NCBI GenBank assembly: GCA_965203295.1 | Contig: CBDBCZ010000018.1 | Coordinates: 256,001 to 320,000, forward strand | Length of the DNA stretch: 64,000 nucleotides | Origin: Nitrospirales bacterium | GTDB taxonomy: Bacteria; Nitrospirota; Nitrospiria; Nitrospirales; UBA8639 | Direction: 5' to 3' | In this document: positions 25,671 through 38,190 of the stretch, piece after piece | Layout: the number at the start of each line of letters is the position of its first letter | How positions within the stretch are numbered: position 1 is the first letter of the stretch | The notes under the pieces: model-generated | The model's input: only the letters and a program-made list of their open reading frames with translations | Databases searched by the model: none | What the model was told of the DNA's origin: nothing | Made by a program: the position numbers and the translations under genes

Positions 25671-26179
25671 CTCATATTATGATGTTATCTGTTAGATCTT
25701 TTTCGACCATGAATTCCTTGTATATTTTTGTCAGGCAGTAGCTGTTAAGCAATTTAAGTTTATCGTGCATATGACATTGTATTTGACCATTTCATATAAT
25801 TAGCTAGCTGTTGAACTTAATCTGTTGTACAATCCCTATCGAAAATACGTTTACTGTCACTGAGGCCTAGGTGAACATTTATATTGAAAAAAAATAATGT
25901 CACTGACTGATCTACAGTATGACATTGTGTTAATTGGAATGTTACTCAACAAAAGTAACTGACTGGATATAGCTACTCTGACCTGAAAGGTACTGTACAT
26001 GTAAGGCTTCGTGGAAGAACAAAGCTTTTTGTCTTCAAAGGCTGGCTATGCAGTGGAAGAACAAAGCTCTTTGTCTGTGGAACAGTAAGTAAGCTCATTG
26101 TCTGTGGAACAGTAAGTAAGCTCAAAAGTCACTAGCACCAGCTATAGTCTGACAATTCAAGAACAACTACAGTTGTAGA

Positions 26180-29100
26180 GTGCAGTCTATGATGAAGTTT
26201 GCATACTTATTCATCTTCATTGCTCTTCTTAGTGTCAGTCAAGCTGGACTTCCTACAGATTGGCATGGATACATAGCTGTACTTATCCAAAAACATTCGA
26301 AGTGTCCTTTTGCTCCAGTAGTTATCCATGCTCCAGTCCCACCACCATGGGTACCAACTTTATTGCCTGGACACTCTTGCCCATCTGTAACTACGACCAC
26401 TGCTGTTTCCTCTCAGCATAGTACTGCTGTACCTCCACCTATGACTGCAACCGTTCCATCAGTACAGCACTACTTCCTTCCAGATGTACTGATTTGGGAT
26501 CCACTTCACCAGTACCCACAACCATTCAGAGTTCCACTTCAGTGCCCTGAAGATGGTTGTAATCTACCGATGCAGTTCCTAACCTGGCAAGATGGTTCAA
26601 AAGTGCGATATCAGCCAAGAACACTCTATGGCATTAACGGAATAGTTCGTCTTGTTGGCCAGATATTTCGATGTTCCTGTGGACACTTGGTCACTAACTA
26701 TGATCCTCGACTGTTAAGCATCTTCCCAGACAGATCTTGCTTGCCATTTATGTTGCTACACAAATGTGGTTTGACCGTGGAGCTCATTAACTTCATTTTT
26801 GCACTAGCATCACAAGGCACATCCTTTAAGGATATACATCAAGCAATCAAGGGCAGCTGTGAAGCTAGGTATTACCAGTCCCAAATAGCTTACTGGTGCG
26901 CTGGTCCAGGATATGGTTTAGGTCAATCATCCTGCATGCCAGCACTACCAGTCACATTTCCTGAAATTGCACAACAAACAATAAGCAACGATATCATTAT
27001 GAATAGCTTTGTGGTAAAATTCAAGGAGTTGGAGAATCTCTTTGCTACAACAATGTCTTCTCTGACAGGAACTCACTTGAGCTGCGATCATACATTCAAA
27101 CTTGCTAAACACATTGGGATAATGAGGGATGGCTGTTGGGTTCCCCAGTATGATTCATTGTTCATAATCGTAAATGATCATGGAGAAGTACTGTTCTGGC
27201 AGCTTACCATGGGAACAGCATTTGGCATCGTCCAAGATGGATTGCAAGGGCTCACACACCGAATGAACAAACAAAGAAAGCTAGTGGAAATGATTATGAT
27301 TGACAATTGCTGTACATGGAGAAGTAAACTAATAGGCATGTTTGGAGACCAAGTTGAAGTAAAGCTAGATTTATTCCATGCAGTAAAGCGTGTTTCCTCG
27401 GCTGCTTCTAAAAAGCATCTAGCTTTCCATGCATTCTTGCAAGATTTTCGGTTAGTTTTCCGTAGTTTGGGTGACAATGGTTTACATAGAGAAAAGCCTA
27501 CACCTCCACCAAATGTGCTGTTGTCTAATTTTGATTCATTCCTGGCCAAGTGGACTAATGTTTCTCAACAAATGGCACAACCCATCCTTACCCAAGCTGT
27601 GCATCAGCAAATCGAGCAGCTCAGAAAACACATGGAGAAAGGCTGTTTAAGTGGTGTTCCGCCTGGATTGGGAACAAATAAAAATGAAAATTTGCATCGT
27701 TGTCTTAATAAACGCCTTGCTGGACAGAGACTCGGAGTGGATTTAGCAGTTGCTTTACTAAGCACATTCTTTCACTTCTGGAACACTAAACGACGAGAAG
27801 GATACAACCTTTTACCTATAGCTGAATTTTACAAGTCCCTATCACAGCACTTCAGAATTTGTGTAGAAAGCGGACAAAGCCTTTCCAGACCTTTGCCTGA
27901 TGAGAACACAAAATTCGGTATTGGAACATCACACCAGCGTCAATTTTCAGAGGAACAACTTGGCACTGCTTTCAAAGGTAAATCAAATGCTATTCAGACC
28001 ATCTGGCAACTTCATGAAATAAGAAACGATCTTAATGAGGAAGATGTGCTTTTGAAAGATTCACTAGAAGTAACAGTTGGTGATACAGTGGACATCGTCC
28101 GATATGCAATGAGCTGCTTACACCTGGAAGAATGCATTGATGCACTCTCTGATACTCACCCTCCAGTTGGAAGAATTTGTCCTTTTGGCTTGGATAGGCC
28201 AAGACTTATTGAAACTACACACCATAATGAAGAAGACCATGTAGCCAATGCAAGACTTACCTCTGTTCTTTCATCATATCATCTGACTATGTTTGAGGCC
28301 CCAGCAGATGGAGACTGCTTATTTCATTCTGTAGCTGTCCACCTTAAGAGGATGCTATGTGCACCAGAAGGACATGAGACACAGGTTTTGAATTACATTC
28401 AATCACTTGGGTTAAAATCTAATATGCACACAGATGAAATGATAGTGCTTCTGAGAAGGCTTCTTGTGGATGAATGGCTGACACAAAGAAGCAGATATGT
28501 AGCATTCTTTGATAAAGCTTTGCCACGGAATTTTGAACAGGAGGCAGCTACATATGACAAGAGAGGTGTTTTTTCCTCTGAGTTGGGAGATACTGTAATT
28601 CTTGGACTTTCCAATGTACTGTGCTTACAAATTATTGTGTTTACATCAATAGCCTTGATGCCTATTGTACCGGTGCATCCTCATAATGTAATCTCTGGAA
28701 ACACCCCAATTCTTTTAGCATTCAAGCACACTGGTCCTGGACATTACAACCCGGTCTTTCCAGACCTAAATGAGGAATGTACTCTTGAACACACAGTAGA
28801 TCACACAGATGCCACAAAACGATTGAAGAAATGTCGCTGTGGTCGTGGAGGAAATGCAAAAGACACGACACGACGCAATTGCTCTAAGAGTAGTGAATAT
28901 AGTTCTTGGTGCCCTTGTCTGAAACAAAATGTTGCCTGCACTGAGGTGTGCCAATGTTTAAACTGTGATAATCCCCATGGCCAAAGTGCAAACATTACAC
29001 TAGCCTCTCAAACATGCCGAAAGAGACCACGGCACCCTGAGCAGGACCTAACCAGGACAGCTGGGATAACAGCTATGAAAAGGTTCGAAGAGCAGCCACT

Positions 29101-29377
29101 TTGTGGACGATGGACCCCTTCAGAACATTATCTGTTGCAAGGCATTGTGTGGAAGATTAAAAGTAAAACTCCAAGTGCAAAGGTAGAGAAACACATTGCT
29201 CTCATTAGAAAACTTTATACGTTAGCTGTTGCCTTCATTAAAGACAACCATCTGTCTGTATCTACAACAGTGAAGACAGAAGGCCAAGTACAGGCAAAGT
29301 TGCAGCACCTTGCTAAAGAACAAGACATTCTACAACAATGTGGCACCACTAGTTTCCTCCCTTCTGTCACAGACTGA
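26180..29377 (+). CDS. MULE-like DDE transposase fused to an OTU-like cysteine protease and a Cys-rich CXC/CRC-like domain (1065 aa; first ATG 26189)
   Basis: Uninterrupted ORF. SCDHTFK (D1), IDNCC (D2), LDLFH (DxxH), GTNKNENLH (E). OTU-like PADGDCLFHSV...GHY. CRCGRG..C..CPC....C...CQCLNCDN. Confidence 0.85.
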   Translation: MQSMMKFAYLFIFIALLSVSQAGLPTDWHGYIAVLIQKHSKCPFAPVVIHAPVPPPWVPTLLPGHSCPSVTTTTAVSSQHSTAVPPPMTATVPSVQHYFLPDVLIWDPLHQYPQPFRVPLQCPEDGCNLPMQFLTWQDGSKVRYQPRTLYGINGIVRLVGQIFRCSCGHLVTNYDPRLLSIFPDRSCLPFMLLHKCGLTVELINFIFALASQGTSFKDIHQAIKGSCEARYYQSQIAYWCAGPGYGLGQSSCMPALPVTFPEIAQQTISNDIIMNSFVVKFKELENLFATTMSSLTGTHLSCDHTFKLAKHIGIMRDGCWVPQYDSLFIIVNDHGEVLFWQLTMGTAFGIVQDGLQGLTHRMNKQRKLVEMIMIDNCCTWRSKLIGMFGDQVEVKLDLFHAVKRVSSAASKKHLAFHAFLQDFRLVFRSLGDNGLHREKPTPPPNVLLSNFDSFLAKWTNVSQQMAQPILTQAVHQQIEQLRKHMEKGCLSGVPPGLGTNKNENLHRCLNKRLAGQRLGVDLAVALLSTFFHFWNTKRREGYNLLPIAEFYKSLSQHFRICVESGQSLSRPLPDENTKFGIGTSHQRQFSEEQLGTAFKGKSNAIQTIWQLHEIRNDLNEEDVLLKDSLEVTVGDTVDIVRYAMSCLHLEECIDALSDTHPPVGRICPFGLDRPRLIETTHHNEEDHVANARLTSVLSSYHLTMFEAPADGDCLFHSVAVHLKRMLCAPEGHETQVLNYIQSLGLKSNMHTDEMIVLLRRLLVDEWLTQRSRYVAFFDKALPRNFEQEAATYDKRGVFSSELGDTVILGLSNVLCLQIIVFTSIALMPIVPVHPHNVISGNTPILLAFKHTGPGHYNPVFPDLNEECTLEHTVDHTDATKRLKKCRCGRGGNAKDTTRRNCSKSSEYSSWCPCLKQNVACTEVCQCLNCDNPHGQSANITLASQTCRKRPRHPEQDLTRTAGITAMKRFEEQPLCGRWTPSEHYLLQGIVWKIKSKTPSAKVEKHIALIRKLYTLAVAFIKDNHLSVSTTVKTEGQVQAKLQHLAKEQDILQQCGTTSFLPSVTD

Positions 29378-29574
29378 TCATGGAATGGTTGTGAATGCGT
29401 ATTTCCTGCCGTTGATATTTCTATATCACTTACTGCTACCCGTACATCACAGCACGTATTTTTGGTTCTGTCCAACACACACTTATGTTGTGAGTATAAC
29501 TATGTTACCAGTATATAATTGTGTTGTGTTTCTTGCAAAGAAAAAGAACACTGTTGAGTATATAGACACAATGG

Positions 29575-30636
29575 AGAGAGTGGAGACAGTAGTGACAGGA
29601 GACAGTAGTGACAGTGGAGACAGTAGTGACAGAGGAGACAGTCGTGACAGGAGACAGTAGTGACAGTGGAGACAGTAGTGACAGAGGAGACAGTAGTGAC
29701 AGTGGAGACACTAGAGACAGAAGTGACAGTGGTGACAGTAGTGACAGTGGAGACAGTAGTGACAGTGGAGGCGGTAGAGACAGTGGAGACAGTAGTGATA
29801 GTGGAGACTGTAGTGACAGCAGAGACAGTAGTGACAGTAGTGACAGCGGAGACAGTAGTGACAGCAGAGACAGTAGTGACAGCAGAGACAGTAGTGACAG
29901 TGGTGACAGTAGTGACAGTGGAGACAGTAGTGACAGTAGAGACTGTAGTGACAGTGGAGACAGAGGAGACAGTAGTGTCAGTAGTGACAGTGAAGACAGT
30001 AGTGACAGCAGAGACAGTAGTGACAGTGGCGACAGTAGTGACAGTGGAGACAGTAGTGACGGTGGAGACTGTAGTGACAGTGGAGACAGTAGTGACAGTG
30101 GAGACAGTAGTGACGGTGGAGACTGTAGTGACAGTGGAGACAGTAGTGACAGCAGAGACAGTAGTGATAGTGGTGACAGTAGTGACAGTGGAGACAGTAG
30201 TGACAGTGGAGACTGTAGTGACAGTGGAGACCGTAGTGACAGTGGAGACTGTAGTGACAGTGGAGACAGAGGAGACAGTAGTGTCAGTAGTGACAGTGGA
30301 GACAGTAGTGACAGTGGAGACAGTAGTGACAGCGGAGACAGTAGTGACAGTGGAGACAGTAGTGACAGTGGAGACAGTAGTGACAGTGGAGACAGTAGTG
30401 ACAGTGGAGACAGTAGTGACGGTGGAGACAGTAGTGACAGCGGAGACAGTAGTGACAGTGGAGACAGTAGTGACAGGAGACAGTAGTGACAGCGGAGACA
30501 ATAGTGACAGTGGAGACAGTAGTGACAGCAGAGACAGTAATGACAGTGGTGACAGTAGTGACAGTGGAGACAGTAGTGACAGTGGAGACTGTAGTGACAG
30601 TGGAGACAGTAGAGACAGTGGAGACAGTAGTGACAG
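29575..30636 (-). repeat. 9/18-bp minisatellite, right arm of the TIR (inverted relative to 18961-20280)
   Basis: (GGAGACAGT-AGTGACAGT)n is the reverse complement of the left array. Confidence 0.97.
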
Positions 30637-30897
30637 TGCTCAGTCTGCATAAGGAGTTGGTGGTCATATTAATTTCATATTAATTACTTTTGGTGTGTAC
30701 AACACCAAGTCTCAGCCACAATTATGGCCACAGGTTTGGAGTCTGTAGAAGTAGAAAAAGCTTCTTCGGACCACTACACCAGGAATTAGTCGTTGTTCAA
30801 TGGTAGTTTGAAGTGTGCATTGATGCCGACCGAATGGAAGTCATCGCAAAGGTTTTTTTTATTCTAACCCGAAGTTCAGCAGCAGAAGTTTCAAAAT

Positions 30898-30939
30898 TGC
30901 CGACGTTTCGACTGCAGTGTTGCAGTCTTTCTCAAGGCA
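30898..30939 (-). ncRNA. Variant minimal hammerhead-like motif (Penelope-type)
   Basis: Minus strand UGCC-UUGAGAA-A-GACUGC-loop-GCAGUC-GAAAC-GUC-GGCA. Stems I and II pair, but the core is non-canonical (UUGAGAA). Confidence 0.45.
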
Positions 30940-31316
30940 TGGCAATACAGTACAAAAACGGCTTTAAATTCTGAAACTCTAGACTAACTGTCAGTCAAAG
31001 ACTAGGCAGAGTTCTGGCATCTTCCCTTGCTCTTCGGCATAATAGCATTGGAGTGTATTGAGTTTTTGCTGTGAGTGTTTAGTAGACAAAACAGCTATTG
31101 GCGTCTACCAGCTGTGAAAGACTGCGTGTGGTCTCTATAGGGACGCAAACGAAGTCCGTACATTGAATTTCCAGCAGTTCTGAACCGGAAAGCGTAGACG
31201 GTAAGCTTTGAGTGTATTAGCAAGCCTTAAAGTTAGCGTGGTAGCTAGAAGCTATGTACGTAGTGGGGAGAGACGTGCAGTGACTTGTCTTTGTAATGAT
31301 GCCCACATAATATTAA

Positions 31317-31972
31317 CCCCCTGAACGCGGTGAGCGTATATATACGCTCGAAAATTACTTCCGCGTATCGCGGCGAGCGTATATATACGCTCGCTATAAT
31401 AAGTGCTACGGGTCAGACCCTTCCAATTTAGTGGCACGCGTGACACTTTAGGGGGATAACCCTACGGTCTTTAGCAATCGATCTAAAGCTCCACCCCCGC
31501 CACAAGTCGTTCGAAGCGTTCACTTGACGCTTAGTTGTGTAGCACAGTTGGTACGCGGCAAAGGCGCGGGTAGCGTCTACAAGGCTTTTGAAGCCAAAAA
31601 CGCCGAGTATGGCTGTAGTCAGAGCGCTAGGCCTTAGGTACAGATCCAGCACTTAGTAACAGAGCCGGCACGAAGTAACAGAAGCGACTCACCACTGTAG
31701 TTGAGGGGACAGACACTCGAAAATGGCGACTACCAAGGTTAGCTTTAGTGCTGCCGTTTGTATTCGCTCTTCTGCAATAGTAGGGACTTTAGCACACCAG
31801 CTACACACTAAACAGCAATAGTTTTACACTTACTGGCTTCCAGTGTTGCCGTTCAGCACGCAAAATAGCCTACAACTCTACAAAACTGCGAGCACATGCA
31901 ACGTAGACAAAAATTAAATTGGCTTCCGCGTGACGCGGAAGTTATGAATAATTAAGTACCGCGCTCAAAGGG
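31317..31972. mobile_element. piggyBac-like MITE
   Basis: TTAA|CCCCCTGAACGCGGT ... ACCGCGCTCAAAGGG|TTTA (imperfect TIR, one TSD mismatch). Confidence 0.6.
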
Positions 31973-32106
31973 TTTATGGAAGTTGTGATAGATAATCAAG
32001 TTCATCAAAATTATATGGCAATTCCTATTTAAAATGCTGCTCAAAAACTGAGTCAACTGTGCCATGTACTAGTCCTCCATTTCACCTCCATCTCTCTTCC
32101 CCTTGA

Positions 32107-34519
32107 TCATGTTTTTAATTTGTCCTGTATTTGTTTGGCATTTCTTTGTAGCCCATAGTATACCAAGAATTGACGGCAGTCTGCCAATGATGGTACGCTG
32201 GCAGACTCAACGAACGATTGAAAGTGGAATCCTATTGTGTCTTCCTCATCTGCCGTGAATGGCTGCCTTTCACCTAGAAATGAAATGTAAGTTTGCTAAA
32301 TTCCAGTCAAGCATTATTAACAGTGAATTACTTGAGTAAGACAATTGCTGTTTTCTGTTTCGTTACGAGCAGATTCTAGGCTATTATATTGTACATCATA
32401 AGGGTCCCCACCGAAAATGATCTAGTGTTGTATGTAAACGTAATAGTATTGTGTGGATGGTTACCTCGTTTTTTGGGTTTTGTTGGGTGGCCGTCAGCTG
32501 GGAATTGCTGTCCTTCAGCTGGAGAAAAGAAACATAATAAGCAGTATATGTCTCTTGCTTATAGTCCTAAAAATGGTGTGACCTAATAAACTGCATTCGC
32601 AAAACACCAAATGCCACCCTTCATGAAGATAAACCCATAAACCACCGTTTTGCGATGGTCATTAATTGTTTTTATGAATCTAAATCATGTCCTAGAGAAT
32701 TCTTGGCTAGTGCATTTAACACCATAGGGACCCCCTCCAAATGTTTTCAAGCGCAGTACGTGACATAGCGTTTTAATATTTGTGTAGAAGATTACCTCGT
32801 TTTCTCTCTAGTAGTGGGTTGGCCACTGGGATTTCCCTTTCTTTAGCTGGAAGAAAGAAACGTATTACTAATACTAGTAATGGGATTATCCATAGTCAGG
32901 AGTTGTGCCATACATAGCATTGACCTCAGTCATCAAAGATTGCAGCTGGATTTGTCATATACACATCCTGACACTGAGGTTAGTTTCTATCATAACAACC
33001 TGGTTTGTAATTTCCCACCTAAGCCCACCTTTCAGCAAGAACAATCTGGTTATTAAACATGTTTGAGTGACATATATCCCTCCGATCAGTTAAACTCAAT
33101 GACCACCGCATTTTTGATTGTCACTGTTTTTGAGAGTCTAAATCATGTTATAGAGTTGCAAAAAGTCTTGGCTAGTGCATTTTACACCATAGGAACACCC
33201 TCCGAAGACTTTCAAGCGTAGTTTATGACATAGTATTTTAATATTTGCGTAAATGGTTACCTTTTTTTTTCTGGTAGTGGGTGGCCCTCAGGAATTTCCC
33301 GCCTTCCAGCTGGAAGAAAGAACATACAAACTGAATCTCAGAGTTGCAAAAATTCTCGGTTAGTGCATTTAACACCATAGGGACCCCCTCCAAATGTTTT
33401 CTAGCGCAGTACGTGACAGAGTATTTTAACATTTGCGTAGAATATTACCTCATTTTCTCTCTAGTAGTGGGTTGGCCACTGGGATTGCCCTCTCTTTAGC
33501 TGGAAGAAAGAACGTATTACTAATGCTAGTGAAGCAGTAATGGCATAATCCATAGTCAGGAGTTGTACCATACATAGCAAATCATACTACCCTTACAATG
33601 GTTAGTTTCTATCATAAAAAAACTGTGAAGCTTCAATAAGGACATAAGTCCTTACATAAACAACATGTTTGAGGGACATATGCCTATTGTTATAGCTATA
33701 AGAACTATGTGTGAACTATGTGTCAACAAAATTTGTGAGTCTTAAACCCACCTGCAAGAGTAAGATAGATGTAATTCCGGTGCTGCTGCTGCTCCCGGTG
33801 CTACTGCTGCTCTCGGTACTGCTGCTGCTCCCGGTGCTGCTGCTCCCGGTGCTGCTGCTCCTCCCGGTGCTGCTGCTGCTCAGTATCTAAATGTGAGTAT
33901 CGCGAATATGTTTACTGCCCCATTGTAAGTCAGTAGATACTATACTAATTAATTACCACCTTCACTCAATCATAGAGCTTCATAACCATGGAAAATTATC
34001 AACATGTAAAAAGTAACCAGTTATTAGAATTACATGTACCTACCTCCATTGTTTTCATGATCTGGAAGGCCTGAATGGCTGTCTTCTCTGCCACGTAGGC
34101 CTGGTAGTACCTGAAATTTAAGTTGAAAGTTATTAGTTTTCGCCAACCTAGTAGTCAAAAGTTACAGCATACCTCTGTGAGGTGGAGGGTGTGTGGGTCA
34201 TGTGACGACTCACCACCTCCATCTCCTGCTGGGAGCTTTGGGCTACCACGGAGGTGGCTCCCTTTCTCCGAAATCTAGACAATAAAATCAATTCAAGTAC
34301 TTCTGTATATGTAAAGTAGAATGGATGCTGTTTTACCTGGTGGCACTTGGTAGGGGCTGAATTCCCAGCTCCCTGGTAAGGGCATTTACCAAGCTGTAGT
34401 AATGCCTCAGAGGAGCACCCTTACCAGTCAGTAGGAAATACTTGAGCTGGGAATTCAGCTGCGGTCGCACGTGATGGAGATAAAGGTCAAAGATTTGTAC
34501 ACTTTCGTCCTCCAGGACC
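32107..34519 (-). pseudogene. Intron-rich third member of the non-DUF3504 tyrosine recombinase family, 5'-truncated by the satellite
   Basis: Exons 34519-34337, 34274-34173 and 34110-34044 splice to LYLHHVRPQ..YFLLTGKG..LPSATR|FRRKGAT..VSRHMTHTPSTSQR|YYQA. The last exon (~32274-32107), PFTADEEDTIGFHF..PSLADCRQFL..RNAKQIQDKLK, matches the C-terminus of ORF 13756-14175. Missed by the ORF track. Confidence 0.75.
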
Positions 34520-37500
34520 GGATCGGCGACGTGTGTTGGAGTCAGGTAGGCTGAGCGGTTGTGTGTAGTTCTCCCCCGCCCCTGTCCGGTGAATAGTGTT
34601 CGAGTCTTGTAGGCAGGGCGGTTGAGTGTATGTTACCCCCTCCCTGACCAGAAACTTGTGTTCGAGTCTTGTAGGCAGGGCGGTTCTATGTCACCCCTTT
34701 TCCCCTCCCTTACTGGCGACTTGTGTTCGAGTCTTGTAGGCAGGGCGGTTCTATGTCACCCCTTTTCCACTCCCTGACTGGCGACTTGTGTTCGAGTCCT
34801 GTAGACAGGGCAGTTGTGTGTATGTCAACCCTCCCCCCTCCTTGACCGGCGACTTGTGTTTGAAACTTGTAGGTAGGGCAGTTGTGTGTAGTTCCCCCCC
34901 CCCCCCACCGACCAGCGACTTGTGTTTGAGTCATGGAGGCAGGGCGGTTGTGTGTAGTTCCCCGTCCCTCCCCTCCCACCCCCCCCCCCCCTTCCTGACT
35001 GGCGACTTCTGTTCGAGTCTTGTGGGCAGAGCAGTTTTGTGTAGTTCTCCCCCGCCCCGGCCCGGCGACGTGTGTTGGAGTCAGGTAGGCTAAGCGGTTG
35101 TGTGTAGTTGTCCCTCGCCCTTGACAGGTGAATAGTGTTCGAGTCTTGTAGGCAGGGCGGTTGAGTGTATGTTACCCCCTCCCTGACCAGAAACTTGTGT
35201 TTGAGTCTTGCAGGCAGGGCAGTTGTGTGTATGTCATCCATTCCCACCTCCCTGACCGGCGACTTGTGTTCGAGTGTTGTAAGCAGGGCAGTTGTGTGTA
35301 GTTCCTCCCCCCCCCCACCGACCAGCGACTTGTGTTTGAGTCATGGAGGCAGGGCGGTTGTGTGTAGTTCTCCCCCTCCCTTACTGGCGACTTGTGTTCG
35401 AGTCTTGTAGGCAGGGCGGTTCTATGTCACCCCTTTTCCCCTCCCTGACTGGCGATTTGTGTTCGAGTCCTGTAGACAGGGCAGTTGTGTGTATGTCACC
35501 CCCTCCCCCCTCCTTGACCGGCGACTTGTGTTTGAAACTTTTAGGTAGGGCAGTTGTGTGTAGTTCCCCCCCCCCCCCCCCCCACCAACCAGCGACTTGT
35601 GTTTGAGTCATGGAGGCAGGGCGGTTGTGTGTAGTTCCCCGTCCCTCCCCTCCCACCCCCCCCCCCTTCCTGACTGGCGACTTCTGTTCGAGTCTTGTGG
35701 GCAGAGCAGTTTTGTGTAGTTTTCCCCCGCCCCAGATCGGCGACGTGTGTTGGAGTCAGGTAGGCTGAGCGGTTGTGTGTAGTTCTCCCCCGCCCCTGTC
35801 CGGTGAATAGTGTTTGAGTCTTGTAGGCAGGGCGGTTGAGTGTATGTTACCCCCTCCCTGACCAGAAACTTGTGTTTGAGTCTTGCAGGCAGGGCAGTTG
35901 TGTGTATGTCATCCATTCCCACCTCCCTGACCGGCGACTTGTGTTCGAGTGTTGTAAGCAGGGCAGTTGTGTGTAGTTCCTCCCCCCCCCCCCACCGACC
36001 AGCGACTTGTGTTTGAGTCATGGAGGCAGGGCGGTTGTGTGTAGTTCTCCCCCTCCCTTACTGGTGACTTGTGTTCGAGTCTTGTAGGCAGGGCGGTTCT
36101 ATGTCACCCCTTTTCCCCTCCCTGACTGGCGACTTGTGTTCGAGTCCTGTAGACAGGGCAGTTGTGTGTATGTCACCCCCTCCCCCCTCCTTGACCGGCG
36201 ACTTGTATTTGAAACTTGTAGGTAGGGCAGTTGTGTGTAGTTCCCCCCCCCCCCCTCACCGACCAGCGACTTGTGTTTGAGTCATGGAGGCAGGGCGGTT
36301 GTGTGTAGTTCTCCCCCTCCCTTACTGGCGACTTGTGTTCGAGTCTTGTAGGCAGGTTGTATGTCACTCCTAGGGCCCTAGCTGGCGACTTGTGTTCGAG
36401 TCTTATAGGCAGGGCAGTGTGTGTATGTCACCCCCTCCCCCCTCCCTTACCGGCGATTTGTGTTAGAGTCTTGTAGGCAGGGCGGTTGTGTGTAGTTCTC
36501 CCGCACCCTTGACCGGTGACTTGTGTTCTAGTCTTGTAAATAGGGCAGTTGGGTGAATGTCATCCCCTCCATAATCGGAGACTTGTGTTCGAGTCTTGTA
36601 GGCTGAGCGGTTGTAAGTCAATCCTTCCCCCCTCCCTGACTGGCGACTTGTGTTTGAGTCTTGTAGGCAGGGCGGTTGTATGTCACCCCTTCCCCCCTCC
36701 CTGACTGGCGACTTGTGTTCGAGTCCTGTAGACAGGGTTGTTGTGTGTATGTCACCCCCTCCCCCCTCCTTGACCGGCGTCTTGTGTTTGAAACTTGTAG
36801 GCAGGGCATTTGTGTGTAGTTCCCCGTCCCTCCCCCCCCCCCCCCCCTTCCTGACTGGCGACTACTGTTCGAGTCTTGTGGGCAGAGCGTTTGTGTGTAG
36901 TTCTTCCCCGCCCCTGACCGGCGACTTGAGTCTTATAGGCAGGGCGGTTGTGTGTATGTCACTCCTAGGGCCCTACCTGGCTACTTGTGTTCACGTTTTA
37001 TAGGCAGGGCGGTTGCGTGTATGTCACCCTCTCCCCCATCCCTTATCCACGACTTGTGTTAGAGTCTTGTAGGCAGGGCGGTTGTGTGTAGTTCTCCCGC
37101 GCCCCTGACCGGCGACTTGTGTTTGAGTCTGAGTCTTTTAGGCAGGGCAGTTGTATGTCACCCCCCTCCCTGATCGGTGACTTGGGTTCGAGTCTTGTAA
37201 GCAGGGCGGTTGTGTGTATGTCACCCCTTCCCCCCTCCCTGACTGGCGACTTGTGTTCGAGTCTTGTAGGCTGGGCGGTTGTAAGTCACCCCTTCCCCCC
37301 TCCCTGACTGGCGACTTGTGTTCGAGTCTTGTAGGCAGGGCTGTTCTATGTCACCCCTTTTCCCCTCCCTGACTGGCGACTTGTGTTCGTGTCCTGTAGA
37401 CAGGGCAGTTGTGTGTATGTCACCCCCTCCCCCCTCCTTGACCGGCGACTTGAGTTTGAAACTTGTAGGTAGGGCAGTTGTGTGTAGTTCCCCGTCCCTC

Positions 37501-38190
37501 CCCCCCCCTTCCTGACTGGCGACTTCTGTTCGAGTCTTGTGGGCAGAGCAGTTTTGTGTAGTTCTCCCCCGCCCCGGACCGGCGACTTGTGTTGGAGTCA
37601 TATAGGCAGGGTGGTTGTGTGTATGTCACTCCTAGGGCCCTAGCTGGCGACTTGTGTTCAGGTTTTATAGGCAGGGCGGTTGTGTGTATGTCACACCCTC
37701 CCCCATCCCTTATCCACGACGTGTGTTAGAGTCTTGTAGGCAGGGCGGTTGTGTGTAGTTTTCCCGCGCCCCTGACCGGCGACTTGTGTTTGAGTCTTGT
37801 AAGCAGGGCAGTTGTGTGTATGTCATCCCCTCCCTAATCGGAGGCTTGTGTTTGAGTCTTTTAGGCAGGGCAGTTGTATGTCACCCCACTCCCTGATCGG
37901 TGACTTGGGTTCGAGTCTTATAAGCAGGGTGGTTGTGTGTAGGTCTCCCCCTCCCTAATCGGAGACTTGTGTTTTGAGTTTTGTAGGCAGGGCAGTTGTG
38001 TGTAGATCTCTCCTGCCCCTGACCGGCGACTTGTGTTTGAGTGTTGTAGGCAGGGCAGTTGTTTGTATGTCACCCCCTCCCCCCTCCCTGATCGGCAAAT
38101 TGTATTTGAGTGTTGTAGGCTGGGCGGTTGTAAGTCACCCCTTCCCTTTCTCCCTGACCGGCGACTTGTGTTTACAGAGGTTTACAAGTT
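34520..38190 (-). repeat. ~60-bp satellite array (same family as 1-2305, opposite orientation)
   Basis: Tandem GACTTGTGTTCGAGTCTTGTAGGCAGGGCRGTTGTGTGT units. Confidence 0.95.

Noticed and set aside
29500..30683. Second set of long low-complexity ORFs
   Set aside because: Inverted copy of the same minisatellite.
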